From Terriglobia bacterium (GTDB taxonomy: Bacteria > Acidobacteriota > Terriglobia > Terriglobales > SCQP01): a stretch of DNA of 64,000 nucleotides. The stretch is from assembly GCA_021323595.1 (NCBI GenBank), contig JAJPKR010000016.1, forward strand, positions 105,286-169,285, in the 5' to 3' direction. Under the pieces are notes generated by a model, which made no database searches, was not told the origin of the DNA, and saw only the letters and a program-made list of their open reading frames with translations. Every line of letters begins with the position of its first letter. Position 1 is the first letter of the stretch. Shown here piece after piece: positions 45,731 through 55,428 of the stretch. Both the position numbers and the translations under genes were made by a program.

Positions 45731-46675
45731 CTAGGCGAGGATGAAAGGGGTGGCGATGAAGGTAGCCGCCAAAATCAGCAACGCCACCACCGCCAGCACC
45801 ACCCGCACTGCTCCGAGGGGCGCGCCGGGCGGCACGTACGGATGCCGGGCGCGCATGCTCGCCAGCAAGGCCGCCCACAGATACCAGCCCGTCCAAAAGC
45901 GCCAGCCCATGTACAGCATCAGCGCGGCCATCACCCAGGAAACCCAGCGGTGCAAACGCGGGAAAAACGCATAAAGGAGATGACCGCCATCGAGCTGCCC
46001 GCTGGGGATCAGATTCAGCATGGTTGCCAGCAGCCCCACCCACGCCGCACGCGCCAGCGGGCTGAGCACCAACGCCGCCGGGGCGGCCCCCGGCTTGGCG
46101 GCATGCAAGATCCACGCCAGCAGCGGCGGCCAGCCGAATTCCAATGCGCCGGCGGGATGGCCCAACTGCACGGGCGAGCGCGCCAGCCCGAGGAGCAGGA
46201 CCGGCACGGCGACGACAAATCCCGCCAGCGGCCCCGCCACCCCGACGTCGAAAACCTCGCGCCGGTTGCGAAAGGGCGAGCGAATCGCGATGAACGCGCC
46301 CAGCGTCCCGATCAACGTGGGCGCGGGAATGAAGTGCGGCCACGTCGCATCCAGCCGGTAATAGCGGCAGGCCAGATAATGGCCCAGTTCATGGGCCAGC
46401 AAGATTCCGAGCAGCGCCGCCGCGAAGGGCACGCCCAGGACCAGCAGCGCCGGATGGCGCCAGATCCAAAGGAAAGGAAAAATGTCGGTGTCAGTGCGAT
46501 AAGCCGGCAAGCCCAGGCCGAAGTTGTATTCGAGCCGGGCGCCGATCGCCATCGTGCTCAGCGCCGTGGCCGCCAGCAACAAAATCGGCAGCCAGCGCCG
46601 CGGGCGATACGCCGGCGGCTCGACGAGCAGCGGATAGTACTGAACCGGGACGGCGGTTGAGGCGAGGTCGGCCAA
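45731..46675 (-). CDS. site-2 protease family (M50) membrane metalloprotease
   Basis: HELGHY zinc motif within TM helices, and a second conserved region NLIPSGQLDGGH. Confidence 0.85.
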   Translation of the reverse strand: MADLASTAVPVQYYPLLVEPPAYRPRRWLPILLLAATALSTMAIGARLEYNFGLGLPAYRTDTDIFPFLWIWRHPALLVLGVPFAAALLGILLAHELGHYLACRYYRLDATWPHFIPAPTLIGTLGAFIAIRSPFRNRREVFDVGVAGPLAGFVVAVPVLLLGLARSPVQLGHPAGALEFGWPPLLAWILHAAKPGAAPAALVLSPLARAAWVGLLATMLNLIPSGQLDGGHLLYAFFPRLHRWVSWVMAALMLYMGWRFWTGWYLWAALLASMRARHPYVPPGAPLGAVRVVLAVVALLILAATFIATPFILA

Positions 46676-46731
46676 AGCTCAGTTTACGAGACTGCAGGGA
46701 ACTTTCCTTGCCTGGCACCGTACTTGACGGC

Positions 46732-47355
46732 ATGAAGGGCAGATTCCTTGGCAGTGCCTTGGCGGCCGGCCTGGTGCTGAGCGCCTGCGCATGGGCCATT
46801 CCCCGCACCGGCGCCGACAGCCGGGCGTTCAGACCCGGCGGGTCCATTGAGGTCACCTTGCCCGTCGGCGACGTTCACGTGGTCAGCACGCAGGACAGCC
46901 GCATCGAACTCCACTATCGCGTCAAGCCCAAGGCCGGCTGGTTCGGCTCGGAGACGTCGGTGCTGGCGAATCTTCGCCTGCGCTTCGAGGTTCATGGGAA
47001 TCAGGCGAGTGTGGAATTCAAAGACGACAACGGCGGCAACAAGAGCTCGATCGAGGTCGAACTTGATATTCCGAGCCAGGAGAACCTAAGCGTGCGCCTC
47101 GGCGTCGGCAACATTCGCGTGCGGCAAATCGCCGGCGACCTGCGCCTCGAAACCGGCGTCGGCGATATTCAAGCCGCCGTAGCCGGCGCCGGCAACTACC
47201 GGAGCGTGGAGGCATCCACCGGCGTGGGCGACGTGGCGGGCGGGCCGTTCGGCAATGCCAGCGGCTTCGTGGGGAAATCGCTCGACTTCCACGGACAGGG
47301 CCGCTATCGCCTCACCGCTCACACCGGCGTGGGCGACATCAAGCTGACCTCATAA
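46732..47355 (+). CDS. DUF4097-like beta-helix repeat lipoprotein (putative adhesin fold)
   Basis: Lipobox LVLSAC. Repeated GVGNIRV / GVGDIQA / GVGDVAG / GVGDIKL strands. Start at ATG 46732 inside the track ORF. Confidence 0.65.
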   Translation: MKGRFLGSALAAGLVLSACAWAIPRTGADSRAFRPGGSIEVTLPVGDVHVVSTQDSRIELHYRVKPKAGWFGSETSVLANLRLRFEVHGNQASVEFKDDNGGNKSSIEVELDIPSQENLSVRLGVGNIRVRQIAGDLRLETGVGDIQAAVAGAGNYRSVEASTGVGDVAGGPFGNASGFVGKSLDFHGQGRYRLTAHTGVGDIKLTS

Positions 47356-47915
47356 TCCCGCGGATGATTGAGGTTGCGAAACGCTTCCCGGCCGAAACCC
47401 GCAGCCGTCAGCTCCTCCGCGCGCACGACGCGGCGCGGCGCGGCGGCCAGAGCGCGGTCAATCTTGAGCGTCTCGGCTTCCAAGGCGGCCTGGATCACCG
47501 GCAGCAGGGCGCGCGCATAGATTGCGCAGAGCGGTTCCAGGCGGCCGGGCTCGGGCGCGGGTACGACCCAGGCCCCGGCAGGCGCGTCCAAAGTCCAGAG
47601 CCACTGCAGGAGCCGCGGCGGCACGAAGGGCATGTCACAGCCCAGGACGAATAGCCGCTCGCCCGGCAGGCTCTCGAGCGCGCCGGCGATGGCAGCCAGC
47701 GGGCCGCGGCCGGGCCAGTGGTCTTCGATGCAAGGCACTCCGAACCGCCCGTAACGCGCCGCCGGTCCGGCGATCGCCAGCGCGTCCGCGCCCGCGCGGC
47801 GCGCAATCGCCAGCATGGCTTCGAGGAGGGTGCCGGCGCGCCAGGGCAAGAGCGCCTTGTCTCGCCCCATGCGGCGGCTCGCGCCGCCGGCCAAAATCGC
47901 CACCGCCATGGCCAC
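47319..47915 (-). CDS. mobA: molybdenum cofactor guanylyltransferase
   Basis: AILAGGASRRMG.DKALL and CDMPF motifs. The 3' end overlaps the convergent DUF4097-like gene by 37 nt. Confidence 0.85.
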   Translation of the reverse strand: MAMAVAILAGGASRRMGRDKALLPWRAGTLLEAMLAIARRAGADALAIAGPAARYGRFGVPCIEDHWPGRGPLAAIAGALESLPGERLFVLGCDMPFVPPRLLQWLWTLDAPAGAWVVPAPEPGRLEPLCAIYARALLPVIQAALEAETLKIDRALAAAPRRVVRAEELTAAGFGREAFRNLNHPRDYEVSLMSPTPV

Positions 47916-47922
47916 GGCGCCA

Positions 47923-49065
47923 TTATTTCATCGGCCGGGGGATAACCTTGCTGCCGGGGCGCAGTTCTTCATCGCCGGGGACGATGACGGGTTCCCCGGG
48001 CTGGAGCGCCCCGAAGACCTCGACGCGATCGTTGTCGGTGAATCCGGTGGTCACGTCCACCCACGCCACTGCGCCGCCGCGAATGGTTTCGACGAACGTC
48101 CGCTCCGTGCTTCTCACCACCGCCGCCGCGGGCACGAACAGCGTGGGCTGCTCGCGCTCGACCGGCCAGGCGACGCGGGCGTACATGCCCGGCGCCAGCG
48201 TCAGCCGCGGGTTGGCGACGTCCAGCTCCACCGGCATCGTCCGCGTTTCGCGCCGCAGGCTGTCCGCGATGCGCGCCACGCGGCCGCTGAAGCTTCGGTC
48301 GGGAAAGGCGGCGACCGTGAAGGCGACTTGCGCGCCGGTCCTCAGATTGACGGCCTCCGCTTCCGGCACGTCCACGACCAAGCGCAGCGGGTCAAGCTGC
48401 TGCACTTCGAACAGGGGCGCGCCGCCGGGGCCGACCAGAGCGCCTTCGCTGGCCGCCCGGCGCACGACGACGCCGGCGAACGGCGCGGTAACGCGCAAGT
48501 AGCTTTCCAGGGCGATTTGCGAGCGCAAGGCCTGCTGCGCCGCCGCCTGCGCGGCCTGGCGGGAGCGCACCTCGGCGCGATCGGCGGCCACCGCCTGCTC
48601 GGCGACATGAATGTCGTTGCCGGCGACCGCGCCCGGCATCGCCGCCGCCGCGGCGCGCAGCCGCGCCAAGGTCACCTGGTCGCGCTCGAGCGCGGCTTCG
48701 GCTTCGACGCTCTGCGCCTCCGCCGAACTCAGGCGATGCTCGGCGGCGGCGCGCTCGGCGACCAAGTCGGGCGCTTCGATCGTCGCCAGGAGCTGGCCTC
48801 GCGCCACGCGCGTGCCGCGATCGGCGTCGAGGCGGCGGATGAAGCCGGCGACGCGCGCTTGCAGCAGCACATCCTGGTAGGCGCTCAACTCCGCCGGCAA
48901 GCTGATGAGCAGCCGCGGCCGCGCCAGCCGCGCGGCCGCGACCCGCACGACCGGCGCTCCCTCCGCCGCGGCCGCCGGCCGCGCCTGGGCGCGACAACCC
49001 GCGGCCAGCGCCGCGCCTGCGGCCAGCGCCGCCAGCATCGCCACACGCACCGTCCTAGTCTTCAT
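47923..49065 (-). CDS. RND efflux periplasmic adaptor (membrane fusion protein)
   Basis: Lipoprotein signal ..LAAGC, then a coiled-coil hairpin and barrel-sandwich pattern (LATIEAPDL......A, ..APFAGVV..R). Confidence 0.9.
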   Translation of the reverse strand: MKTRTVRVAMLAALAAGAALAAGCRAQARPAAAAEGAPVVRVAAARLARPRLLISLPAELSAYQDVLLQARVAGFIRRLDADRGTRVARGQLLATIEAPDLVAERAAAEHRLSSAEAQSVEAEAALERDQVTLARLRAAAAAMPGAVAGNDIHVAEQAVAADRAEVRSRQAAQAAAQQALRSQIALESYLRVTAPFAGVVVRRAASEGALVGPGGAPLFEVQQLDPLRLVVDVPEAEAVNLRTGAQVAFTVAAFPDRSFSGRVARIADSLRRETRTMPVELDVANPRLTLAPGMYARVAWPVEREQPTLFVPAAAVVRSTERTFVETIRGGAVAWVDVTTGFTDNDRVEVFGALQPGEPVIVPGDEELRPGSKVIPRPMK

Positions 49066-52000
49066 CGAGTCGTACCCCCAATCCCTGGCGCTGCTGCAGG
49101 GCGGCGAAAACCGCCGGCATCAAGAGCAACGTCGCCGCGGTCGCAGCCAGCAAACCGCCGATGACCGCCTGCCCGAGCGGGGCCGATTGCTCGCCGCCCG
49201 ATTCCAAGGCCAGCGCCATCGGCGTCATGCCCGCGATCATCGCGGTCGCGGTCATCAAGATCGGCCGCAGCCGCGACTCGACGGCGTCGAGCGCGCCCGC
49301 GCGCGCCGCCGCCGCCGGCTCCATGGCGCGCCGGAAGTGCTCGCGCCGCCGGCTTTCCGCGACCGTGACCAGCAGAATGCCGTTGGCGACGGAGATGCCG
49401 ATCGCCATGATCAGGCCCATGAAGGACTCGATATTGAGCGTCGAGCCAAACAGACGCAGCGCCAGCAGCGCCCCCACGAGCAGCGCGGGCACCGAGGACA
49501 AAACCGTCAGCGCCAAACGCCACGACTGGAAGCTGGCGGTCAGCAGCAACAGGATCACCAAGACCGCGAGCGCCAAGCCGACGCGCAACCCCGCCAAGGT
49601 CTCGAGCATCGGCTGGACCTGGCCCACGATTTCGGCGCGGGTTCCCCGCGGCGGCGGCGGCAGGGCGCGCAAGACGTGCTGCACGTCGCGCGCCGCGGCG
49701 CCCAAACTCGCGCCGTAAATATTGGCGGTCAGGCTGACCATGCGCTGCATATCGAAGTGGTCAAATTCGCCTTGCACCGAGCCGAGGTCCAGGCGCGCCA
49801 CGTCGCCCAGCAAAATCGGCTTGCTCGGCGGATCCGCGCGGGAATCGCGCGCGGAAGGCTGCTCCGCCAGCGGCACCGCCGCCAGTTGATCGAGACTCGT
49901 TATCGCCGCGGGGGGCACGAGCAGCTGCACTTGATAGGTGATGCCGGTGGCGGGATTCTGCCAAAAATTTCGCGCGACGAAGCGGCTCGAAGCGGTGGCG
50001 ACGGTGAGCGAGCGACCCACTTGCGCCAGCGAGATGCCCATTTCCGCCGCCCGCTGCCGGTCCACCTCCACCAACACGGCGGGCACCTCGTAGGGCTGGC
50101 CGTACTGCACGTCGCGCAGCTCGGGAAGCCCCGCCAGCGCGCGCCGGATGCGCTCGGCATAGGCATGATCGGCGCTCAAATCGAAGCCGGTGACGTTGAT
50201 GGCGATGGGCGCAGGCGAGCCCAGATTCATGATCTGGCCGATGATGTCGCCAGCCTCGAACGAGACGCTCGCGCCCGCCAGCTCGCGCGCGAAGGACCGC
50301 CGCAGCCGCTCCTCGAAGCGCGCCAAGCGCAAGCCCGCGCCCGGGCGCAGCGCCACTTGCATGACGGCTTCGTTGGGACCGCTGGTCCAGAGATAGATGT
50401 TGTTCACCGGGTAGGAGCGCGGCTGCGTGCCGACGAAGCCGAGCGTGGTCACGACGTTGCCGGGACCGGCCTCGCGCCGCACGATCTCCGCCGCCGCTTG
50501 ATAGACAGCCTCGGCGCGCTTGAGCCGCGTCCCGGGAGCGGCGCGCAAACGCATTTGGAATTGGCCGGTATCGGCGGCGGGAAAGACATCGGTGCCGGCG
50601 GAGGCGACCAAGCCGGCCAGCAACAGGCCGGCGACGCCGAGGTACAAGCCGATTACACGCCGCCGCCGCGCCAGCATCGTCCCCGCCGCGCGCCGCGCCC
50701 GGCCCTGCCAGAGCGCCAAACTGCGCTGGGGCGCAAGCGCCTCGTTGCGCGGATGGCGATGCCGCAACCAGACCACGGCGAGCACGGGCACCAGCGTGAC
50801 CGAGAGCACGAACGAGACCAGCATCGCCAGCCCCACGGCGATCGCCAGCGGCACGAACAACGAGCGGCTGATCCCGACCATGAAAACGGAGGGCAAGAAG
50901 ACCGCCGCGACGCTGAGCATCGCCAGGGCCTGCGGCGCCACGATCTCCCCGCCGGCGGCGATCACGGCTTGGGCCACGCCGCCGCCGCGCGCCAAATGGG
51001 CGTGAATGTTCTCGACGGCGACCGTCGCTTCGTCCACCAGAATGCCGACCGCCAGCGCCAGCCCGCCCAGGGTCATGACATTCAGGCTTTGCCCGAGCGC
51101 CCACAAACCGGCGACGGCCCCCAGCAGCGCAAAGGGAATGGTCAGGACGACGATCAGCGAACTGCGCCCGTCCCGCAAGAAGAGCCACACGACCAGGCCG
51201 GTCAGGCCGGCGCCCATCAGCCCCTCGAGCAGCAGCACCTGCAAGGCCTCGCGCACGTAGGTGGATTGATCGAAGGCAAACTGCACGCGCACGTCGGGCG
51301 GCACTTGTTCGGCCATTAAGGGCAGCGCGCGCTTCACTTCGTTCACGACCCGCAGCGTCGAGGCCTCCGCATGCTTCGTCACGGGCATATACACGACGCG
51401 CTTGCCGTTCAATTCGGCGTAGCCGCTGATCACGTCGGCGGCGTCTTCGACGCGGGCCACGTCGCGCATGAGCACGGGCGGCCCGGCGCCGGTGCGCAGC
51501 GGCAAATCGAGCAGCTGCTGGTAGGCGCTGACGACGGTGTTGGCGTGCACGATGCGGTTCAGGTCGCCCATGCGCAGGTTGCCCGCCGGCAAGACCACGT
51601 TGCCCTGCGTGAGCGCGCGCACCACGTCATCGGGTGCGAGCCGATGGGCGGCGAGCGCGTCCTGATCGAGGTCGAGAATGATGCTGCGGGGATTGCCGCC
51701 GAAAGGCGGGGGCGCGGAGACTCCGGGCAGAGCCGAAAAGAGCGGGCGCACGCGGGTTTGCGCCAAATCGTCCAATTCGGCTTGGCCGCGCTCGGGGCTC
51801 GAGAGAATCAAATCGCCGACGGGGACGCTGCCGGCGTCGTAGCGCATGATGAAGGGCGGCACGGTGCCCGGCGGCATGTACGCCAGCGCGCGCGAGATGT
51901 AGGCCGCGGTCTCCGAGGCGGCCTGGCTCATATCCGTGCCGGGATGGAACGTCATCTTGATCAGGGCGACGTTCTGGATCGAGCGCGACTCGATGCGATC

Positions 52001-52231
52001 CAGGCCGCTGATGAAAAGAAAGTTCGACTCGTAATAGTTGACGATGTAGCCCTCCATCTCCGCCGGCGACATGCCGCCGTAGGTTTGCGCGACGTAGATG
52101 ACGGGCACGTCCAAGCGGGGGAACACGTCGATCGGCATGCGCGTCACGGCCATGACGGCGGCGCCCACCAGCGCCGCGGCCAGCACCATGACCGTGTAGG
52201 GCCGCCGCAAGGCGGCGCGGATCGCGCCCAT
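49055..52231 (-). CDS. RND family efflux transporter permease (AcrB/CzcA-like)
   Basis: 1058 aa with the 12-TM, two-large-loop architecture and typical N-terminus RRPYTVMVLAAALVGAAVMAVTRMPIDVFP. Confidence 0.95.
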   Translation of the reverse strand: MGAIRAALRRPYTVMVLAAALVGAAVMAVTRMPIDVFPRLDVPVIYVAQTYGGMSPAEMEGYIVNYYESNFLFISGLDRIESRSIQNVALIKMTFHPGTDMSQAASETAAYISRALAYMPPGTVPPFIMRYDAGSVPVGDLILSSPERGQAELDDLAQTRVRPLFSALPGVSAPPPFGGNPRSIILDLDQDALAAHRLAPDDVVRALTQGNVVLPAGNLRMGDLNRIVHANTVVSAYQQLLDLPLRTGAGPPVLMRDVARVEDAADVISGYAELNGKRVVYMPVTKHAEASTLRVVNEVKRALPLMAEQVPPDVRVQFAFDQSTYVREALQVLLLEGLMGAGLTGLVVWLFLRDGRSSLIVVLTIPFALLGAVAGLWALGQSLNVMTLGGLALAVGILVDEATVAVENIHAHLARGGGVAQAVIAAGGEIVAPQALAMLSVAAVFLPSVFMVGISRSLFVPLAIAVGLAMLVSFVLSVTLVPVLAVVWLRHRHPRNEALAPQRSLALWQGRARRAAGTMLARRRRVIGLYLGVAGLLLAGLVASAGTDVFPAADTGQFQMRLRAAPGTRLKRAEAVYQAAAEIVRREAGPGNVVTTLGFVGTQPRSYPVNNIYLWTSGPNEAVMQVALRPGAGLRLARFEERLRRSFARELAGASVSFEAGDIIGQIMNLGSPAPIAINVTGFDLSADHAYAERIRRALAGLPELRDVQYGQPYEVPAVLVEVDRQRAAEMGISLAQVGRSLTVATASSRFVARNFWQNPATGITYQVQLLVPPAAITSLDQLAAVPLAEQPSARDSRADPPSKPILLGDVARLDLGSVQGEFDHFDMQRMVSLTANIYGASLGAAARDVQHVLRALPPPPRGTRAEIVGQVQPMLETLAGLRVGLALAVLVILLLLTASFQSWRLALTVLSSVPALLVGALLALRLFGSTLNIESFMGLIMAIGISVANGILLVTVAESRRREHFRRAMEPAAAARAGALDAVESRLRPILMTATAMIAGMTPMALALESGGEQSAPLGQAVIGGLLAATAATLLLMPAVFAALQQRQGLGVRLDED

Positions 52232-52232
52232 T

Positions 52233-53645
52233 TCAACGGCCTCCCGCGGCGGCGAGAAACGGCGCCAGATCGCCGTTGGCGTAGGCGGTCTCGAGCAAGC
52301 CGCGCCAGACCTGCAAGTCGCTCAAGGCGGCGTCGTTTTCCGCCTGCGCCAGCAACTGCTCGGCGTTGGCCCAGTCCACCACGCCGGCGAGGCCGGCTTG
52401 ATAGCGGACCCGCGCCTGCGCCTCGCCGGTTCGCGCCGCGGCCAATTCCGCCGGCGATTCGCGGGCCACGGCGAGCGCCGCCCGCAGATCCGCCTGCGCG
52501 CGGGTTTGCGCAGCGGCCAATTGCAGCACGATCTGCCGATAGCGCGCGGCTTGCTGACGGGCCAGCAGACGCGCCGCGGCGGCCTCGCGGCGGCTTTGCA
52601 GCCATCGCGTGAAGGAAAAATCGATGCCGGCGCCCGCGGCGTAATTGCCGGCGCCGGTGGGCGCCAGCCCGGCGAGGCCGGAGGCCAAGTTACCGGGCGC
52701 CCGGACGCCCGTGCCGCGGCCATAGAGGGACGCCAGCAGGTACCAGCGCGGCAGCCCGGCGCGCTCGAGCTCGCTCGCGCGCGCGCCGGCGGCGGCGACA
52801 GCCTGCGCCTCGGCGCGAGCGCGCGGATGCGCAGCGACGTCGCCGGGCGGGGCGGCCGGCGGCGCAGCGCCGAGCAGCCCGCCGCCGGCCAGCGGCGGCA
52901 GCGGCGCCGAGACGCCCAGGGCTTCGGCCAGCGCCGCACGCGCCAGCTCCACGTTGCGTTCCGCTTGCGCCAGCCGAATCCGCGCTCCCGCCAATTCCGC
53001 TTGCGCGCGGGAGGCGTCGGCGCCCGGGCGGAGCTGCTGCTGGACCAGAGCTTCGATGATCCGCGCCGCCGTCTGCCACCGCGCCACGTCGGCACGCGCC
53101 ACGTTGGCCTGCTGCTCTCCGGCGAGCACGGTCAGAAAGCCGTCGGCGGCATGCGCGGCAACGTCCAGCCGGGCCAGCTCGGAGGCATCGGCGGCTTCCG
53201 ATGCCAGCGCCTGGTAGTAGCGGACGTTGGCCGCCCGGCGTCCAAAGTCGAGAAACTCCCAGGCAAAATAGGCGCCCGCCGCGCTCGTCCAGGCGCTGCG
53301 CCAGGAATAGTCGCTCACCGGAACCGTGCCGCTGATCGCAGGCAGCGGGCTGGCGAACGACAGCCCGAGCGCGGCATTGTCCGTGCCGCGGTCGAATTGA
53401 CCGGTCACGCCGGCATTCGGGAGGAACGCCACTTGCGCGACACCGATCTGGGACCGCGCGGCGCCAGCACCGTACTCAAAGGCCGCGACCGACGGATTCT
53501 GCCGCAAAGCCTGGCGGACGGCTTCCACCAAACTCAGCGGGCCGGAGGCCGGAGCGGCTTGCGCCCGCGCGCGGGGCCCGATGACGGTGACAGCTAGAGT
53601 AATCGCCGCGCCCGCCTTGGCGGCGAGCCACACAGTTTTTCCCAA
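52233..53645 (-). CDS. TolC-family outer membrane efflux protein
   Basis: TTG start 7 nt after AAGGAG gives the signal peptide MGKTVWLAAKAGAAITLAVTVIGPRARAQA. Two OEP repeats follow. The stop lies 1 nt before the RND start. Confidence 0.85.
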   Translation of the reverse strand: MGKTVWLAAKAGAAITLAVTVIGPRARAQAAPASGPLSLVEAVRQALRQNPSVAAFEYGAGAARSQIGVAQVAFLPNAGVTGQFDRGTDNAALGLSFASPLPAISGTVPVSDYSWRSAWTSAAGAYFAWEFLDFGRRAANVRYYQALASEAADASELARLDVAAHAADGFLTVLAGEQQANVARADVARWQTAARIIEALVQQQLRPGADASRAQAELAGARIRLAQAERNVELARAALAEALGVSAPLPPLAGGGLLGAAPPAAPPGDVAAHPRARAEAQAVAAAGARASELERAGLPRWYLLASLYGRGTGVRAPGNLASGLAGLAPTGAGNYAAGAGIDFSFTRWLQSRREAAAARLLARQQAARYRQIVLQLAAAQTRAQADLRAALAVARESPAELAAARTGEAQARVRYQAGLAGVVDWANAEQLLAQAENDAALSDLQVWRGLLETAYANGDLAPFLAAAGGR

Positions 53646-53686
53646 GCAATCTCTCCTTGATGAGGGGTATTCGAGACCAGGTCCGC

Positions 53687-53983
53687 TCAGACGGCGGTGG
53701 GCGGGCGGGAGACCGCGTGGCGGGAAAACGCAGCAGAACGGCGAGGGACAATCAAGGCCGGCAAGAAACGAATGCCGGTTACGACGACGCGAAGCGCCGA
53801 CGAGAGCGGCGGCGCCGCAACCCACTGGGCCTGGAGACGGTGAGGACGATGGCGAATGGAAGTCGCGAAGGGCGCGAGCACGCCGGCCACCGCCACCAGT
53901 ACCACCAGCAGCGCTATAAGCCAGCGGGCCTCAGTGGCCCGCCTCCAACCCCCGCTACGTCCCCCACGCTTCATTCCTTTCAT
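53687..53983 (-). CDS. possible small single-TM protein upstream of the efflux operon
   Basis: 98-aa ORF with one clear hydrophobic helix (WLIALLVVLVAVAGVLAPFA), ending 42 nt before the tolC start. No Shine-Dalgarno and no homologue recognised. Confidence 0.3.
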   Translation of the reverse strand: MKGMKRGGRSGGWRRATEARWLIALLVVLVAVAGVLAPFATSIRHRPHRLQAQWVAAPPLSSALRVVVTGIRFLPALIVPRRSAAFSRHAVSRPPTAV

Positions 53984-54069
53984 ACTACGCGATACAGGTC
54001 ATCTGTGTTACCCAACCGCGAGTGACCCCACTGGGGCGTGCCCGGCCCAAGGCCCAGGCGCGAGGCGCT

Positions 54070-55395
54070 TCAGAGGGGCGGCTGGGCCGCAGCGGAGACC
54101 CGGGGCAGCGCGAATACCAGTCCGCCACCGGCCAGCAACATGGCCACGAGAATCGCCATCGCCAGTTCGAACGAACCGGTGCGGGTGCGGATGTACCCCA
54201 TCAAATACGGCCCCACGAATCCGCCCAAATTGCCGATGGAATTGATCAAGCCGACGGCCACCGCCGCCGCCGTGCCGGTCAAATAAGCCGACGGCAAGGC
54301 CCAGAAGCTGGGCATATAGCTGTAGACGCCGGCGCCGGCAAAGCAAAAGCCCGCAACCACCCACATCAGCCCGTGCACTGGAATCAAGCCGCCGATGCAC
54401 AAGCCCGCAGCCATGATCCACAGCGGCACGGCGGAATGCCAGCGCCGCTCGCCGCTGCGATCGGAGTTCCAGCCGAAGATCAGCATGCTCACCAGGCAGA
54501 CCACGTAGGGCAAAAGGGCCAACAGCGTCACCTGGAAGTCGCCCAAGCTCGAAACATGCTGCAACATCGTCGGCAGCCATAAGCCGAAGCCGTAGGAAGC
54601 GGAGCAGATCAACAGATACACCACGGCCAGCACGAGCACGGCGCGATGACGCAAATAGCGCCAGGCGCCCAGGTGCGCCGGCTTGCCGCGCCAATCGCGG
54701 CGCAGCGCCGCCTCGACCGCCGCGCCTTCTTCCGCCGACAGCCAGCGGGCCTGCGCGGGCCAATCGGTGAGCAGCCAAAGGTTCAAGACGCCGCACACGA
54801 CCGCCGGCACGCCCTCGATGATGAACACCCAGCGCCAGCCACTCAAGCCGAGCCAATGCACGCCCAGGATGGCGCCCGACAGCGGCGAGCCGATGATGAA
54901 GGAAACCGGCAGCGCCGCCATGAACAGCGCCACCGCCTTCGCCTTGTCGCGGTCGCAAAACCAGTGGCCGAGATAGACGATCAGGCCGGGAAAAAAGCCC
55001 GCTTCCGCGGCGCCGAGCAAGAAGCGCAGCAGATAGAAGCCGCGGGCGGTGTGCACGAACCCGAGCAGGATCGCGATCATCCCCCAAGTGGTCATGATGC
55101 GCGCCATCCAGCGCCGCGCGGACCAGCGCTCGACCAAGATCGTGCTGGGAATTTCGAGGATGAAGTAACCGAAAAAGAAGATCCCCATGCCCCAGCCCAT
55201 GACGCGCGCGCTGAAGCCGAGATCGCGGGTCATGTCCAGGGTCGCGTAGGAAATGTTCACGCGATCCAAGAAGGCAATCACGTACATCACGAACAAATAG
55301 GGCAGCAGCCGCAGCGCGATGCGGCGGCGCAGCGCTTGGGGCAGCGCGGGCGCAGGCGCGACGGCGCCAGGGGGCGCGGACATGTGCGCCAGCAT
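54070..55395 (-). CDS. MFS transporter
   Basis: 12 TM helices and the MFS loop motif (D.GF.AR / R.W.AR). Confidence 0.9.
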   Translation of the reverse strand: MLAHMSAPPGAVAPAPALPQALRRRIALRLLPYLFVMYVIAFLDRVNISYATLDMTRDLGFSARVMGWGMGIFFFGYFILEIPSTILVERWSARRWMARIMTTWGMIAILLGFVHTARGFYLLRFLLGAAEAGFFPGLIVYLGHWFCDRDKAKAVALFMAALPVSFIIGSPLSGAILGVHWLGLSGWRWVFIIEGVPAVVCGVLNLWLLTDWPAQARWLSAEEGAAVEAALRRDWRGKPAHLGAWRYLRHRAVLVLAVVYLLICSASYGFGLWLPTMLQHVSSLGDFQVTLLALLPYVVCLVSMLIFGWNSDRSGERRWHSAVPLWIMAAGLCIGGLIPVHGLMWVVAGFCFAGAGVYSYMPSFWALPSAYLTGTAAAVAVGLINSIGNLGGFVGPYLMGYIRTRTGSFELAMAILVAMLLAGGGLVFALPRVSAAAQPPL

Positions 55396-55428
55396 ACCGC
55401 GATCGCGCCGGCGCTGCTGCGCCCGGCC

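Noticed and set aside
48905-51319. 804-aa plus-strand ORF, plus several others across 47.5-53.6 kb.
   Set aside because: They are antisense to the RND pump, adaptor and TolC genes, with Arg/Gln/His-rich low-complexity translations.
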